DNA of 64,000 bases from Planctomycetota bacterium (GTDB lineage: Bacteria; Planctomycetota; UBA1135): NCBI GenBank assembly GCA_045047305.1, contig JASFYO010000002.1, positions 64,001 through 128,000 on the forward strand. The letters run 5' to 3'. Position 1 is the stretch's first letter. Every line of letters begins with the position of its first letter. Below, piece after piece: positions 38,828 through 49,473 of the stretch. The notes under the pieces are model-generated. The model had not been told where the DNA came from, did not search any database, and saw nothing but the letters and a program-made list of their open reading frames with translations. The position numbers were made by a program, and so were the translations under genes.

Positions 38828-39661
38828 CTATTCCTCAATCATATGGCGATACAAGAAGTCCAACGCCACCGGCATGATGTCATCGGTCTCGGCACGCATG
38901 ACTGTATGCCCTTGCTGCGGATAGTAATTAGTTTCGCAAACGATTCTCGCGGCAAGTGCGGTGGATTCCAACTCAAGTGCGTAAGCAAAAGGAACCCGCA
39001 TATCCTGCATGCCATGATTGATCAGCAAGGGTGCCTCACCATGTCCAATACTCGGTAGGTTGTAAAGACGGCCGCTTACATCGACGCATGCAGCAACGGC
39101 AAAGGAAACATCCGGCAAGTTTGGATTATGTACCTTCAAGCCTTGGTCATAAGCCGCGCCAAGAACCGCATAACCACCAGAACTATTACCACAAATAGCA
39201 ATTTTTTCCGGATCGATACGTAACGCGGACGCTTGCGTACGCAGCCAACGCACGGCGGCTTGGGTATCTGCTCCAGCATAAATGGCGCCCAGATTCTGGC
39301 GATCCCAGGCGGTGACCAACCGATAGTTCAAAGCAATCGCAACATAGCCACGCGAAGCGTAATAGTTGCACATGGTTTCCATTTCAGACTTATCGCCACC
39401 GGTAAAACCACCTCCATGCACCCAGAAAACTACTGCGCGCGCCTCTGCGTTATCACCCGCAGGCTGATAAATATCTAACTGCAAATCATCCACGAAGTTG
39501 GTGGAGAAGTTGAGCACAGCACCGTACGAAACATCTTTCGTCAGGGTTACACCGAAGGTTGGATCGATGTACCGCACGTTGACGAATTCTCCCGCGGGGG
39601 TCGGGGAAAGAGAAACGAATGAGAGGACGGAGAGCGCAAGAATCTGGAGGAGCGCTTTCAC
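38828..39661 (-). CDS. Secreted alpha/beta hydrolase (esterase/lipase)
   Basis: Signal peptide; HGGGF, GNSSGG nucleophile elbow, HGMQD, GH. Confidence 0.85.
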   Translation of the reverse strand: MKALLQILALSVLSFVSLSPTPAGEFVNVRYIDPTFGVTLTKDVSYGAVLNFSTNFVDDLQLDIYQPAGDNAEARAVVFWVHGGGFTGGDKSEMETMCNYYASRGYVAIALNYRLVTAWDRQNLGAIYAGADTQAAVRWLRTQASALRIDPEKIAICGNSSGGYAVLGAAYDQGLKVHNPNLPDVSFAVAACVDVSGRLYNLPSIGHGEAPLLINHGMQDMRVPFAYALELESTALAARIVCETNYYPQQGHTVMRAETDDIMPVALDFLYRHMIEE

Positions 39662-39719
39662 GGAGGGACTTCTACCCTACCAAGAGAAACTCAATTTTGG
39701 AAGGAACTTGCGTATTTCC

Positions 39720-41681
39720 TCAATCCAAGGCCAGCTGCGGCCTTTCCCTATATTGCTCAAGTGCCTCAGGGTTGGCGAGAGCTTCGGTGTTTTTCACCCT
39801 GCGGCCGTGGACGACGTCACGCACCGCGATTTCTGATATTTTCCCGCTGCGTGTCCGCGGGATATCAGAAACAGCACAAATCACCGCGGGAACATGCCTA
39901 GGCGTAGCTTGAGTCCTAATTTCATGGCGCAAACGGTCCTCTAAGCTTTGGTCAAGGACCACATTCTCAGCTAAGCGCAGGAATAAAACTACGCGTTGGT
40001 CTCCATCACCGGTGTCCTGGCCAATCACAACCGCCTCCTCCACTTCTTCAAAGCGCTCCACTTGGCGATAAATCTCTGCGGTGCCAATACGCACACCACC
40101 AGGGTTGAGAGTGGTATCGGAGCGGCCGTAAACGATAAGTCCCTGATTTACAGTAAGAGCAACCCAATCACCGTGCCGCCAAACATTGGGATAGGTGCTG
40201 AAGTAGGCTTCGAAATAGCGGCTGCCGTTGGAATCGTTCCAAAACCCGACCGGCATCGAAGGAAAGGACTTCGTGCATACCAACTCCCCTGCTTGATCAA
40301 CAACAGGTTGGTTTTCATCCTCCCAAACTTCGACTGCCATACCAAGACCACGTTTTTGCAATTCTCCGCGTCTTACTGGCGCAATTGGGCAACCTAATGC
40401 GAAGCAGGACAGTAAATCTGTTCCGCCCGTGATCGATGCTAATTGCAGATTTGCTTTCACATCCTTGTAAACCCAATCGAAAGATTCTGCAACCAGGGGT
40501 GAGCCTGTGGAAAGTATCAGGCGAAGGTGATTGCATTGATGACTCTCGCGTGGGGCGAGTCCTGCTTTCTTGCACGCATCTAAGTACTTGGCAGAGGTAC
40601 CAAAAACATGGAGTTGCTCGCGGTCGATGAGATCCCACATCGCATCGGGTGATGGATGGAAGGGGTTGCCGTCGAAAAGCACCACGGTGGCGCCTGTAGC
40701 CAAACCAGTCACCAACCAGTTCCACATCATCCACCCTGTGGTGGTGTAATAAAAGAAACGTTCACCCTCGCGCAAATCACAATGCAATACGTGCTCTTTA
40801 CGATGCTGCAATAAGGTCCCTCCTTGTCCATGAACAATACACTTTGGCTGGCCGGTGGTTCCAGAACTAAACATCACATAAAGTGGATGCGCAAACGGCA
40901 AAGGTGCAAAGGCCAGTACATGCTCCTCAGCAGCTTGTTGCGCCTGCTCCCAAGTGCAGGCAAGACCATCCTCCTTACACCAAGCAGTGCTTGCGTCCTG
41001 CTGCAGAAATGGAATCGTGACCACCTTTTCCAAAGAGGAAAGACCATCCACGATGGCGCCTAACTTCTGCCGCGTGTCGATGGTCTTGCCCTTGAAAGAA
41101 TAACTTTCGACAGCGAGCAAAACTTTAGGCGCAATCTGGCTAAACCGATCTAAAACACCGCGCTCGCCAAAGTCTGGTGAACAGGAAGACCACACCGCGC
41201 CCAAGCTGGAAGCTGCAAGCATGCCAATCACAGCCTCGGGGCAATTGGGCAAGAAAGCTGCAACGCGATCCCCCTCTTTTACACCCCACTCCAAAAAATT
41301 GGCTTGAAGGCGGCGGACTCTCTCGCGCAACTCGTCGCGGCTGAAAGCTATGCGCGTTCCATTCTCACCGCAAAACACCAAAGCCTCGGCCGCACCAGTG
41401 TGAGAAAGGAGGTTCTCGGCAAAGTTCAATTGTGCTTCCGGGAACCACTCAGCGCCAGGCATGGCATCCATACCGAGGATGATGGAGCCCTTCTGACCCA
41501 CCACTCCGGTAAAATCCCACACCGCACTCCAAAAGTCTTCGCGGTTTTCAATCGACCACTGCCACAAGGCATCGTAGCCATTGTCCTTCCCTTCGAGCGC
41601 AAAACCAATCTGTGCAGCAAAGGCTGTCAAACGACTTTGCGCGACACAAGCCGCACTCGGTTGCCACAGGACTTCGTGCAT
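39720..41681 (-). CDS. Acetoacetate--CoA ligase
   Basis: WSSCSPDFG, FSSGTTGQPKCIVH, TGWMMWNW, GGTD, GRSDTTLNPGGVRIGTAEIY, SGKISE. Confidence 0.92.
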   Translation of the reverse strand: MHEVLWQPSAACVAQSRLTAFAAQIGFALEGKDNGYDALWQWSIENREDFWSAVWDFTGVVGQKGSIILGMDAMPGAEWFPEAQLNFAENLLSHTGAAEALVFCGENGTRIAFSRDELRERVRRLQANFLEWGVKEGDRVAAFLPNCPEAVIGMLAASSLGAVWSSCSPDFGERGVLDRFSQIAPKVLLAVESYSFKGKTIDTRQKLGAIVDGLSSLEKVVTIPFLQQDASTAWCKEDGLACTWEQAQQAAEEHVLAFAPLPFAHPLYVMFSSGTTGQPKCIVHGQGGTLLQHRKEHVLHCDLREGERFFYYTTTGWMMWNWLVTGLATGATVVLFDGNPFHPSPDAMWDLIDREQLHVFGTSAKYLDACKKAGLAPRESHQCNHLRLILSTGSPLVAESFDWVYKDVKANLQLASITGGTDLLSCFALGCPIAPVRRGELQKRGLGMAVEVWEDENQPVVDQAGELVCTKSFPSMPVGFWNDSNGSRYFEAYFSTYPNVWRHGDWVALTVNQGLIVYGRSDTTLNPGGVRIGTAEIYRQVERFEEVEEAVVIGQDTGDGDQRVVLFLRLAENVVLDQSLEDRLRHEIRTQATPRHVPAVICAVSDIPRTRSGKISEIAVRDVVHGRRVKNTEALANPEALEQYRERPQLALD

Positions 41682-41696
41682 CTGGGTTTTCCTGGT

Positions 41697-42923
41697 TTAA
41701 GAAATGACGCCGTGAGCGCGACCAACTTTGATAAAGGCCTGGACGGCTTTCTCGATGTGGGCTTCGGTGTGTCCAGCAGAAATCTGCACCCGGATTCGCG
41801 CCTGACCTTTAGGCACAACCGGAAAGCTAAAGCCAATCACATAAATCCCCTCGGCAAGCAAATCCTTGGCCATGTCGGCAGCGAGACGTGCATCACCCAA
41901 CATAATGGGAGCAATCGCATGCACACTTTCGGGAATGTTGAAGCCTGCAGCCGTCATCTTTTCGCGGAAGATCATGGTGTTGGCTTCAAGACGGTCACGA
42001 AGCTCAGTAGTAGTAGACAAACGATCGAAAACCGCAATGCTGGCAGCCACAATCGGGGGCGCGACTGAATTTGAGAACAGGTAAGGACGCGAGCGATTGC
42101 GCAACATGTCGATGACAATCTTATTGGCGCAAGTAAAGCCACCACTCGCCCCGCCCAATGCTTTGCCAAGGGTACTGGTGATAATGTCCACTCGCCCCAT
42201 GACCCCACAATGCTCATGGGTACCGCGACCGGTCTTGCCCATGAAACCCGTGCTGTGCGAATCATCGACGTGCACCATTGCGCCGTATTGATCTGCCAAA
42301 TCACAGATCTCCTTCAGCTTGGCGATGAAGCCGTCCATCGAAAACACGCCGTCGGTCGAAATCAAAATCCGGCGCGCCCCAGCTGCACGCGCTTGCTTGA
42401 GGCAGTCCTCCAGCTCTTGCATATTGCTGTTGGCGTAACGAAAACGCTTGGCCTTAGACAAACGCACTCCATCGATAATCGATGCGTGGTTGAGCGAATC
42501 CGAAACGACTGCATCTTCCGCCTTCAAAATTGTCTCATAGAGGCCACCATTTGCATCGAAGCAGGAGGTGTAAAGGATCGTATCCTCAAAGCCTAAAAAT
42601 TCGGAAATCTTCTCTTCGAGTTGCTTGTGAATGTCCTGAGTTCCGCAAATAAAGCGTACAGAAGACATGCCAAAGCCACGCTCGTTCAGACAATCCGCTG
42701 CTGCCTTAATTAGAGCGGGATCGTCTGAAAGTCCTAGGTAATTATTCGCGCAAAAGTTGGTCACTTCTTCACCGCTCGACACCTTGATATCGGCATCTTG
42801 TGGGGTAGTGATCACGCGCTCCTCTTTCCACAAACCAGCGTCGCGGATTTCTTGCAGTTCCGCTGCAATGGATTCAAGGAATTCAGTTTTTCCGTTTGCC
42901 ATGGTAGTTTCAGGATTGGACAT
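41697..42923 (-). CDS. kbl: Glycine C-acetyltransferase (2-amino-3-ketobutyrate CoA ligase)
   Basis: [60 protein letters not shown]. Start is 42923 or 42902. Confidence 0.95.
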   Translation of the reverse strand: MSNPETTMANGKTEFLESIAAELQEIRDAGLWKEERVITTPQDADIKVSSGEEVTNFCANNYLGLSDDPALIKAAADCLNERGFGMSSVRFICGTQDIHKQLEEKISEFLGFEDTILYTSCFDANGGLYETILKAEDAVVSDSLNHASIIDGVRLSKAKRFRYANSNMQELEDCLKQARAAGARRILISTDGVFSMDGFIAKLKEICDLADQYGAMVHVDDSHSTGFMGKTGRGTHEHCGVMGRVDIITSTLGKALGGASGGFTCANKIVIDMLRNRSRPYLFSNSVAPPIVAASIAVFDRLSTTTELRDRLEANTMIFREKMTAAGFNIPESVHAIAPIMLGDARLAADMAKDLLAEGIYVIGFSFPVVPKGQARIRVQISAGHTEAHIEKAVQAFIKVGRAHGVIS

Positions 42924-42924
42924 C

Positions 42925-43998
42925 TTAAGCAGTAGGATCAAGCACGACTTTATGCGCCTCACCGCGGTCGAGCAGAGCAATGCCTTCGTGAAAAGAAGAC
43001 ATGGGCAAGCGGTGAGTCACGATGTGTTCCACATCCAGGCCACGCTGCAACAAAGAAAGCATTTCATCCCAGGTCGCAAACATGCGCCTCCCAAGAATGC
43101 CTTTCCAGGTGAGTCCTTTAAAAATGAACTCTTGGGAAAAGTTCTTCAACTCCAAATCGGTGCTGGTGGGGATGCCTAGCTGCATCATCTCGCCACCGGG
43201 ATACAGCATTTCTATGCCCGCTTGAATCGCAGGAGCTGCACCGGACATTTCGATTACGACGTCGACTCCACCCTTGGTTGCCTGCCGCACACTCTCCACC
43301 ATATCGGGGCCTTCTGTGGCCGGGTCGTGAATTGAAATTGGCACCCTTCCGCTCAATCCGGCCGCCCATTTTTTGGCGCGCTCCAAATGACCCGGCATCA
43401 CTTCCGTGATGGTCAAACTCTTAGCACCTTCAAACTCCACCACCGCTGCAGCCATCGCGCCAATAGCACCATAGCCGGACATAAGTACATGGCGCCCTGC
43501 GATGCTACTGGCAGATTGCACCGTATGGACTGCATTGCCCAGGGCGTCCAGAAAAGATCCGATGTGTGGTGGCACAATCTTTGGGTCTAAACGCACCAGA
43601 TTCGAAGCTGGCACCACCACGTATTCGGCAAAGCAGCCTGCGCGATGCAAACCTGCGATTTCCGTTTTCTCACAAATGTGCTGATTCCCTGCTTGGCACG
43701 CGCGACAGCGGCCGCACACAATGTGCATTTCTGCCGAAACATAATCCTCTAAGTTCCAGCCATCGACCCCCACCCCAATTTCATCGAGATGGCCACAAAA
43801 CTCGTGGCCGATGGTGACCGGTGGAGTAATCATCGAGGCCACGGAAGGGTCCCAATGATAAATATGGCGGTCAGTGCCACAAATCGCAGTGTTCAAGACT
43901 CGGACGCGCACCTCGCCGGGGCCAGGTGTGGGAGAATCAAGGTCCGTGATGAGTACTGCTGCCCCCGCTTCGGGTCGGGCCATTTGGATTGCCTGCAT
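42925..43998 (-). CDS. tdh: L-threonine 3-dehydrogenase (Zn-dependent MDR family)
   Basis: ICGTD.HIY.W, GHEF, structural-Zn CGRCRAC...[19 protein letters not shown]; adjacent to kbl. Confidence 0.88.
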   Translation of the reverse strand: MQAIQMARPEAGAAVLITDLDSPTPGPGEVRVRVLNTAICGTDRHIYHWDPSVASMITPPVTIGHEFCGHLDEIGVGVDGWNLEDYVSAEMHIVCGRCRACQAGNQHICEKTEIAGLHRAGCFAEYVVVPASNLVRLDPKIVPPHIGSFLDALGNAVHTVQSASSIAGRHVLMSGYGAIGAMAAAVVEFEGAKSLTITEVMPGHLERAKKWAAGLSGRVPISIHDPATEGPDMVESVRQATKGGVDVVIEMSGAAPAIQAGIEMLYPGGEMMQLGIPTSTDLELKNFSQEFIFKGLTWKGILGRRMFATWDEMLSLLQRGLDVEHIVTHRLPMSSFHEGIALLDRGEAHKVVLDPTA

Positions 43999-44037
43999 TG
44001 AACGAGATTCTAGCAGGTCGGCCGGCCTGGGTCGCGG

Positions 44038-45174
44038 TCAGGCCTCGAAGGCACGAGAGGAGAAAAGAGGAGCTCTGGTTGCACCAACCACGAGAGCTAA
44101 CCCAAGAGCCAAGCCGCTAGCCATCATCGAACTGCCGCCAAAGGAAATCATCGGTAGTGGGAGTCCTGTCGTCGGCCAAACGCCAAGAGTGACACCCACA
44201 TTCAACGATAGATGGATCAGGAAATGAATGCCGACACCGGCCATTACGTAACGCGCAAAGGGGTCACGATAGCGTGCTGCGTAGGCCAATAAAGTGATGC
44301 CAAGACTAGCGTAAAGCAACAAGAAGCCAACCGCCCCGATAAATCCATACTCCTCAGCAATGACTGGAAAAACGAAGTCATTATGACGTTCTGGGAGAAG
44401 ATCAAGGCGATTCTCTGGTCCTTGTCCAAAGCCAAAGCCCGTCAACCCGCCGCTACCAACTGCGAGTTTGGCATGATGTAAGTGATAGCCTTCAATTGCG
44501 ATTTCCTCAGGCGACAATTCGTTCTGGTGCCACCACGTCAGAATGCGCTCTTTTTGATAATCCTGAATGGCAAACCAACCAATGGGCGCAAGGATCGCAG
44601 GCAGCAATAGTAGCCAGCGAAAACTGCGCCACGGCAAGCCAGCTAACCAAGTCATGGACAGGAAGAGCGGAACCAACACCAAGGCAGTACCGAGGTCAGG
44701 CTCCACCAAAATCAGCATGGCTGGAATGGCAACCAGCACCCCTGGCTTCACGATATCGCTTAGCCGAGAAGGCTTCGGGTGGTCGGCAAACCAACGTGCT
44801 AAAACAAGAATGATGGCAACCTTCATGAACTCACTTGGCTGCAACTTGAAGCCGCCAAAGAGATCAATCCAGCGGCGCGATCCATTGGTGGCGCGACCGG
44901 CGATTAATACCCATATCAAGGGCATCAGCACAGCTGCATAAAAGAAAAAAGCATGGGCGCGCCATCGCTTCGCCGACAAAACTAATGCGGCAATCGTAAA
45001 AAAAATAAGTGCGCCAATCCGCAGGATGTGCCCGCTTGGAATCGCAAGCTCTGGGCTAACGCTCCATTGCACAAAAAAACTGAAGGTCAGAATAACGCCA
45101 ACCAAAGGCAGGATCGGCCAACAGGTCCGATGCAGGAACCCGCGCATGCGGTAAACAATAGAAGGGCCTCTCAT
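44038..45174 (-). CDS. rodA: SEDS peptidoglycan glycosyltransferase RodA
   Basis: GSRRWI, QPSEFMK, EPDLGTA, LPERHNDF, EEYGFIG, TGLPLPMISFGGSS; ATGA overlap with pbp2. Confidence 0.9.
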   Translation of the reverse strand: MRGPSIVYRMRGFLHRTCWPILPLVGVILTFSFFVQWSVSPELAIPSGHILRIGALIFFTIAALVLSAKRWRAHAFFFYAAVLMPLIWVLIAGRATNGSRRWIDLFGGFKLQPSEFMKVAIILVLARWFADHPKPSRLSDIVKPGVLVAIPAMLILVEPDLGTALVLVPLFLSMTWLAGLPWRSFRWLLLLPAILAPIGWFAIQDYQKERILTWWHQNELSPEEIAIEGYHLHHAKLAVGSGGLTGFGFGQGPENRLDLLPERHNDFVFPVIAEEYGFIGAVGFLLLYASLGITLLAYAARYRDPFARYVMAGVGIHFLIHLSLNVGVTLGVWPTTGLPLPMISFGGSSMMASGLALGLALVVGATRAPLFSSRAFEA

Positions 45175-47783
45175 TCGAACAATACCTTCGCTTCGGGGCT
45201 CTTTAAGAATTCCTTCAAGATGAAGGATGCGATTTGCCCGCCGTGCAGGCCAACGTTTTCGCACAATATTGCGAATGAGTAACGCGGGTTATCACGCGGG
45301 AAAAAACCAGTCAACCAAGCATGGGTAGGCTGTAGAAGCCCGTTAGCAAAAATTTGCGCAGTTCCAGTTTTACAAACGATTTGCCACTCGGGATTAAACT
45401 TGGTGCGTGCGGCAGTGCCACCGTCTTCATAGCCCACGGCATACAGCGCATCAAGGATGAGTGCTCGGTTCGATGCCGATAGTACGGGCACGGCGTGCTG
45501 CTCACGTGCTGGGGAACCACCACCGCCAGCATGCACCAATCTTGGCTGCAACAACTCTCCGGTAGCAAGCCAACCGTACATGCGGGCCATTTGCAAAGGG
45601 CTGGCCTGCACTCCCACTTGACCGATTGCAGTGCGCATTAACCGAATCGTATTGTCCTGTAAGGATTTCTTATCCGATAGGTAGTTCGCCTTGCGCTCCA
45701 AACGCACGTCGCCGCTTAGGTGAAGGTTTTCTGCAGAATCCTCAGAAGCGTCAAAGCGCACTAACTCCAAGCCGGTGGGGCGATCAAAACCAAGACCCTT
45801 GGCATAGGCGTAGATCACATCGGCGCCAATATCTCTAGCAAGCAAGTAAAAGTAAACATTGCAGGAACGCTTGAGGGCTTCGCGCATGGCAACGTCTTGA
45901 TGCCCCCATTTACTATCACACTTCAAAGTTGTGCCGCCACTAATAGGAGTGATGGCACCCTCACAATGATAAACCTTGTTCCAGTAGTTAGGGTTCAAGG
46001 ACAAGGCAGCAGCGGCAACCAAAGGCTTAAAAGTGGAGCCTGGGTACGGAACTTCAGGCCCTAGATACCCACCTCCAAGTGCCCGATTACGCAGAGGGTT
46101 TCCGGCCTTTATTTCGGCGAGCTGTTGGTAATCGGTACGAAACTCCTCGCGCGAAAAACCCGGGGTGCTCATTAACAGAGGTGTTTCGCCATTGCGTAAA
46201 TCAAGCAAGGCAAATCCGACCCGTGGAAGATTGGGGTTGAATTTGCGTAATGACTCAGCTGGAGTTTCAGGGAAGGTGGACGCGAGTGTGCTTGGCGTTT
46301 CACGATAGACCTTCAGAATCGAGCGCTGCGCTGCATGGGCCAGGTCCACGTCAAGCGAAAGAGTGATGTCGGTGCCATCACGAGGTTTGGAGAAAAGAAG
46401 CTCTAGAGGTCGTCCATCACCTTCTCCCCCCTCAAGGACTTGCAGATATCCACGGCTGCCTCGGAGTTGATCCTCATAAACCAATTCGATCCCGGTGGCA
46501 CCACGCAATTCGTCTGGACGGAGCGCGTCGCTCCAGAGCCAATCACGCACTTTACGAAACTCAGCCTCCTCTTCTGGCTGGCGAATAAAAATGCGACGTA
46601 AAGCATGGAATCGATCGACTGCTTCTGCAAACTCCGACGTTTCATCGGGGTCCACCTTACGCACATTGCCCACCAACATGGGTGATATTTCATTGGGGTA
46701 GATTCGCCGGGCAACTTCTTGCAGATACAAACCTTGGTAGTTTTCCGATTGCTGCGCGAGCAAATCCACCAACTCAAAGCTGAGGTCACGTTTCAGCGTC
46801 TTGACACGATATTGGTGGATACGGCGCGCCTGCGAACGACGTACCCCGGTGGCGTCGTCGGTATGATTCTTTTCCAAATCAGAAAGGAAGTTGTCGAGCA
46901 ATTGATTTTTCTCAACTCGCGACATGGCATCCAGCGCATCTTTGGCCGCGCCGCCTAAAGGCTTCAATAACGCGCCTAATGCTGCAGGATCAGCTTGCCA
47001 TGACCAGCGCTCACTAAGGGTTTGTAAGGCTTGATCTCTCTCTTCACCGGCTTTAGCGATCCGGGAGAGCAAACTATACGAAGAAATCCCCAAAGCGCGG
47101 CCGGCGCATTCCTGCAATGCACGAGTCAGCACCATGCCCTCTAGCACTTGACGCCGGAGCTCCAGCTTGGGAAGAAGGGTGCCACGCCAAGCTGGTCCAA
47201 GAAGTTCCTCAAGCAAAGCAATCTCGCGCCGAGCTTCGACGAGACCGCGACTAAGTCCGTCGAAAGCTTGTGGGAAATGCTCGCCGAAAGAATCCTCACT
47301 CCCGTCTGCCCATTCTTGGACAGCAAGCCGCAACCGCGAGGACGGCATTTCGGCGATGCCGCGTAAGTAAAACATCAAGTCACCACGTTGCCGAGGGGTG
47401 ATGCTGCGCAAGTCCTTTGGCGTCCAAGAAAAGCACAAGCGCCCCAAGCGCTCGCCGTCAGCCATGCACTCTTCGAGACCGCCAGATGCGACCCCCATCA
47501 AGGCAAGCGCCTCATGCAACTGCCCTGCGATGTGGCCGCGACGGAAATCACGGTAGCGGAAGGATAAGTCGTAAGATGGCTTATCCATCGCCAACACTTT
47601 TTCGTTGCGATCCAGAATCCGGCCACGACGAAATGGAATCGACTCCCGGTCTAACCGCGAGTTCCTGGCCTCGCGCAACCAATAGTCATGTTCCTTAATT
47701 TGCAATTGAAAGAGGCGCCCAATCAGGACTGCCACAATCAGCAAGAACAGATACGCCAGATTGCGCAAACGTAAGCCTCTCAT
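45171..47783 (-). CDS. mrdA: Class B penicillin-binding protein (PBP2/MrdA-like) with a large insertion
   Basis: N-terminal TM; RGRILDRN; G..GIE..Y...LRG; PGSTFK (SxxK), SCN (SxN), KTGTAQ. Confidence 0.85.
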   Translation of the reverse strand: MRGLRLRNLAYLFLLIVAVLIGRLFQLQIKEHDYWLREARNSRLDRESIPFRRGRILDRNEKVLAMDKPSYDLSFRYRDFRRGHIAGQLHEALALMGVASGGLEECMADGERLGRLCFSWTPKDLRSITPRQRGDLMFYLRGIAEMPSSRLRLAVQEWADGSEDSFGEHFPQAFDGLSRGLVEARREIALLEELLGPAWRGTLLPKLELRRQVLEGMVLTRALQECAGRALGISSYSLLSRIAKAGEERDQALQTLSERWSWQADPAALGALLKPLGGAAKDALDAMSRVEKNQLLDNFLSDLEKNHTDDATGVRRSQARRIHQYRVKTLKRDLSFELVDLLAQQSENYQGLYLQEVARRIYPNEISPMLVGNVRKVDPDETSEFAEAVDRFHALRRIFIRQPEEEAEFRKVRDWLWSDALRPDELRGATGIELVYEDQLRGSRGYLQVLEGGEGDGRPLELLFSKPRDGTDITLSLDVDLAHAAQRSILKVYRETPSTLASTFPETPAESLRKFNPNLPRVGFALLDLRNGETPLLMSTPGFSREEFRTDYQQLAEIKAGNPLRNRALGGGYLGPEVPYPGSTFKPLVAAAALSLNPNYWNKVYHCEGAITPISGGTTLKCDSKWGHQDVAMREALKRSCNVYFYLLARDIGADVIYAYAKGLGFDRPTGLELVRFDASEDSAENLHLSGDVRLERKANYLSDKKSLQDNTIRLMRTAIGQVGVQASPLQMARMYGWLATGELLQPRLVHAGGGGSPAREQHAVPVLSASNRALILDALYAVGYEDGGTAARTKFNPEWQIVCKTGTAQIFANGLLQPTHAWLTGFFPRDNPRYSFAILCENVGLHGGQIASFILKEFLKSPEAKVLFE

Positions 47784-48271
47784 CGGCCCCCTCCCTTAGA
47801 AAGGAAATTTGCACGCGTCGGGCGATGGAAGAAAGCCATAAGAAGACCTGTATACAAACAACGAATCCAGGCGTCGGAAGGGCTGAGTTGCGTGCCAAGT
47901 TGTTGCGCGGCAAGACGATCGAGCAAGGCAAGCGGGACCGCTGCCGAAAACCCGGTTACGAAACGCAGGAGTGGATTGTATTCACTCAAACGTCGTGCAA
48001 GTGTTTCACGCACGAACAGCGCCAATCCAAAACCAGCCCATGCGCTAAAAGGCGATATCGCGGTCACGCTACTGCGCAGAACGCCGAGCAGGATCACTAT
48101 GTGCACCGAGCGTCGCCAGGAGTCTGGCGCGGGGACGGGGATCGAGAGCAGCAGAAGCACCAGCCAGACATCGGGGAGTTGGGCGCCTCCTGGGAGCTGG
48201 CGCAAGATTGGAGCCAATAGGGTCACCAGGATGGCCACTGGAATCAGAATGCGTAAACGCGGGCCTTTCAC
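47780..48271 (-). CDS. mreD: MreD-like membrane protein
   Basis: 163 aa, multi-TM, LPDVWLVLL (PD motif); lies between mreC and pbp2 with overlapping start/stop codons. Confidence 0.6.
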   Translation of the reverse strand: MKGPRLRILIPVAILVTLLAPILRQLPGGAQLPDVWLVLLLLSIPVPAPDSWRRSVHIVILLGVLRSSVTAISPFSAWAGFGLALFVRETLARRLSEYNPLLRFVTGFSAAVPLALLDRLAAQQLGTQLSPSDAWIRCLYTGLLMAFFHRPTRANFLSKGGGR

Positions 48272-49473
48272 GGCGTGTCCTCCGCTTGTGCGTCTAAGCG
48301 CAACACTTCCAGATTCACCAGCGGTGACATTGCGGCTTCATCTTGATAACCAAGCCATAAACCACGTGGGATGTGATCGCCGCCGCGGGTGAACAAGGGC
48401 AATGGGTTCGAAGATGCCTCCCATGCCTTGACTCCAAGGACCTCGCCGGCATCGGGGTCAAGAGCCACGGCTCCCTGGTCCCAAGATGCTGGAGCAAGGC
48501 GTCGCGCCCAACCCCATCCACTTCGCCACACACGCAACTCTCCACTCACCTTGGCCTGGTCGGTCACTACCGTAGGTGTGAAATTAGCGGGAGAGCTCAA
48601 GGCATACCAATCAGATCCGAGCAGGGCATCGGTGCGTAAAAGACGCGAGGCCACTTGCCGCTTTTGCGCGGGCTCTGCAATCAAGTCCTTGCCGACAGCT
48701 CCAGCAGCAATGAATACACGTCCCTGTGCCCCGACCGGAATGGAATGCTCGATTACCCATAAGGCTTCGCCACGGCTGGAGTCTCCCTCCAACTGCATCG
48801 TTCCCAAATGCAATCCTGCCTGTGCCAAGTTGGGAGGGTCCAAGGGGCGCGGCCGCCACATCAGAGTTTGGCCAACCAAATAACCAGTTTCATCTTCAGA
48901 CCATTCCACCACGGCCGTGCCTCCTCCGCCGCGGCCAAAACAAACCGCGCGAATGGGTTGGCCTGATTCTGGCACGACGGTTAATCCAGTGCGCAATCCA
49001 GCGGCCGACCACAGCTCAACATCGGCGGCATGCTCTCGCACTTCCCCTAGTCGGCCAAGAAAGGCATTCCCAAAAGCGACCAACTGACCTTGTGCCAAAT
49101 GGAAGTCCTTTCCAGCGGCAATCACTAAACGTCCACGCGCTAAATCCAGCGACCACACTGGAACTTCCAACCAAGCCATGCCCGGAATCGCTGCTGGCAA
49201 TCCAAGTCGACGCTCCAAAGAAACCAGTGCGGATCGAGTTGGCGACGGTGCTGTTTCACCCAGCACAGAAGCCTGGCCCGCCGAGTCACCGGTTAAAAAA
49301 TCATCCAACCTCCCTGCAAGCGCTGCAATCGGCTTTTGCACCGGCGCCAGGACCACGCTCACTACATGCTCTAGTTGCGGTAATTGTAAAACGGCCTGCA
49401 AAGCCAACAACCCAACCGCTGCCCCAGTGAGCAGTACACGCCGATAGCGCTCCGCTCCCGGCAGCAGGAACAC
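48268..49473 (-). CDS. mreC: Divergent MreC-like protein
   Basis: N-terminal TM then VLAPVQK; LVIAAGKDFHL..GQLV....FLGRL.EV; position after mreB. Confidence 0.6.
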   Translation of the reverse strand: MFLLPGAERYRRVLLTGAAVGLLALQAVLQLPQLEHVVSVVLAPVQKPIAALAGRLDDFLTGDSAGQASVLGETAPSPTRSALVSLERRLGLPAAIPGMAWLEVPVWSLDLARGRLVIAAGKDFHLAQGQLVAFGNAFLGRLGEVREHAADVELWSAAGLRTGLTVVPESGQPIRAVCFGRGGGGTAVVEWSEDETGYLVGQTLMWRPRPLDPPNLAQAGLHLGTMQLEGDSSRGEALWVIEHSIPVGAQGRVFIAAGAVGKDLIAEPAQKRQVASRLLRTDALLGSDWYALSSPANFTPTVVTDQAKVSGELRVWRSGWGWARRLAPASWDQGAVALDPDAGEVLGVKAWEASSNPLPLFTRGGDHIPRGLWLGYQDEAAMSPLVNLEVLRLDAQAEDTP

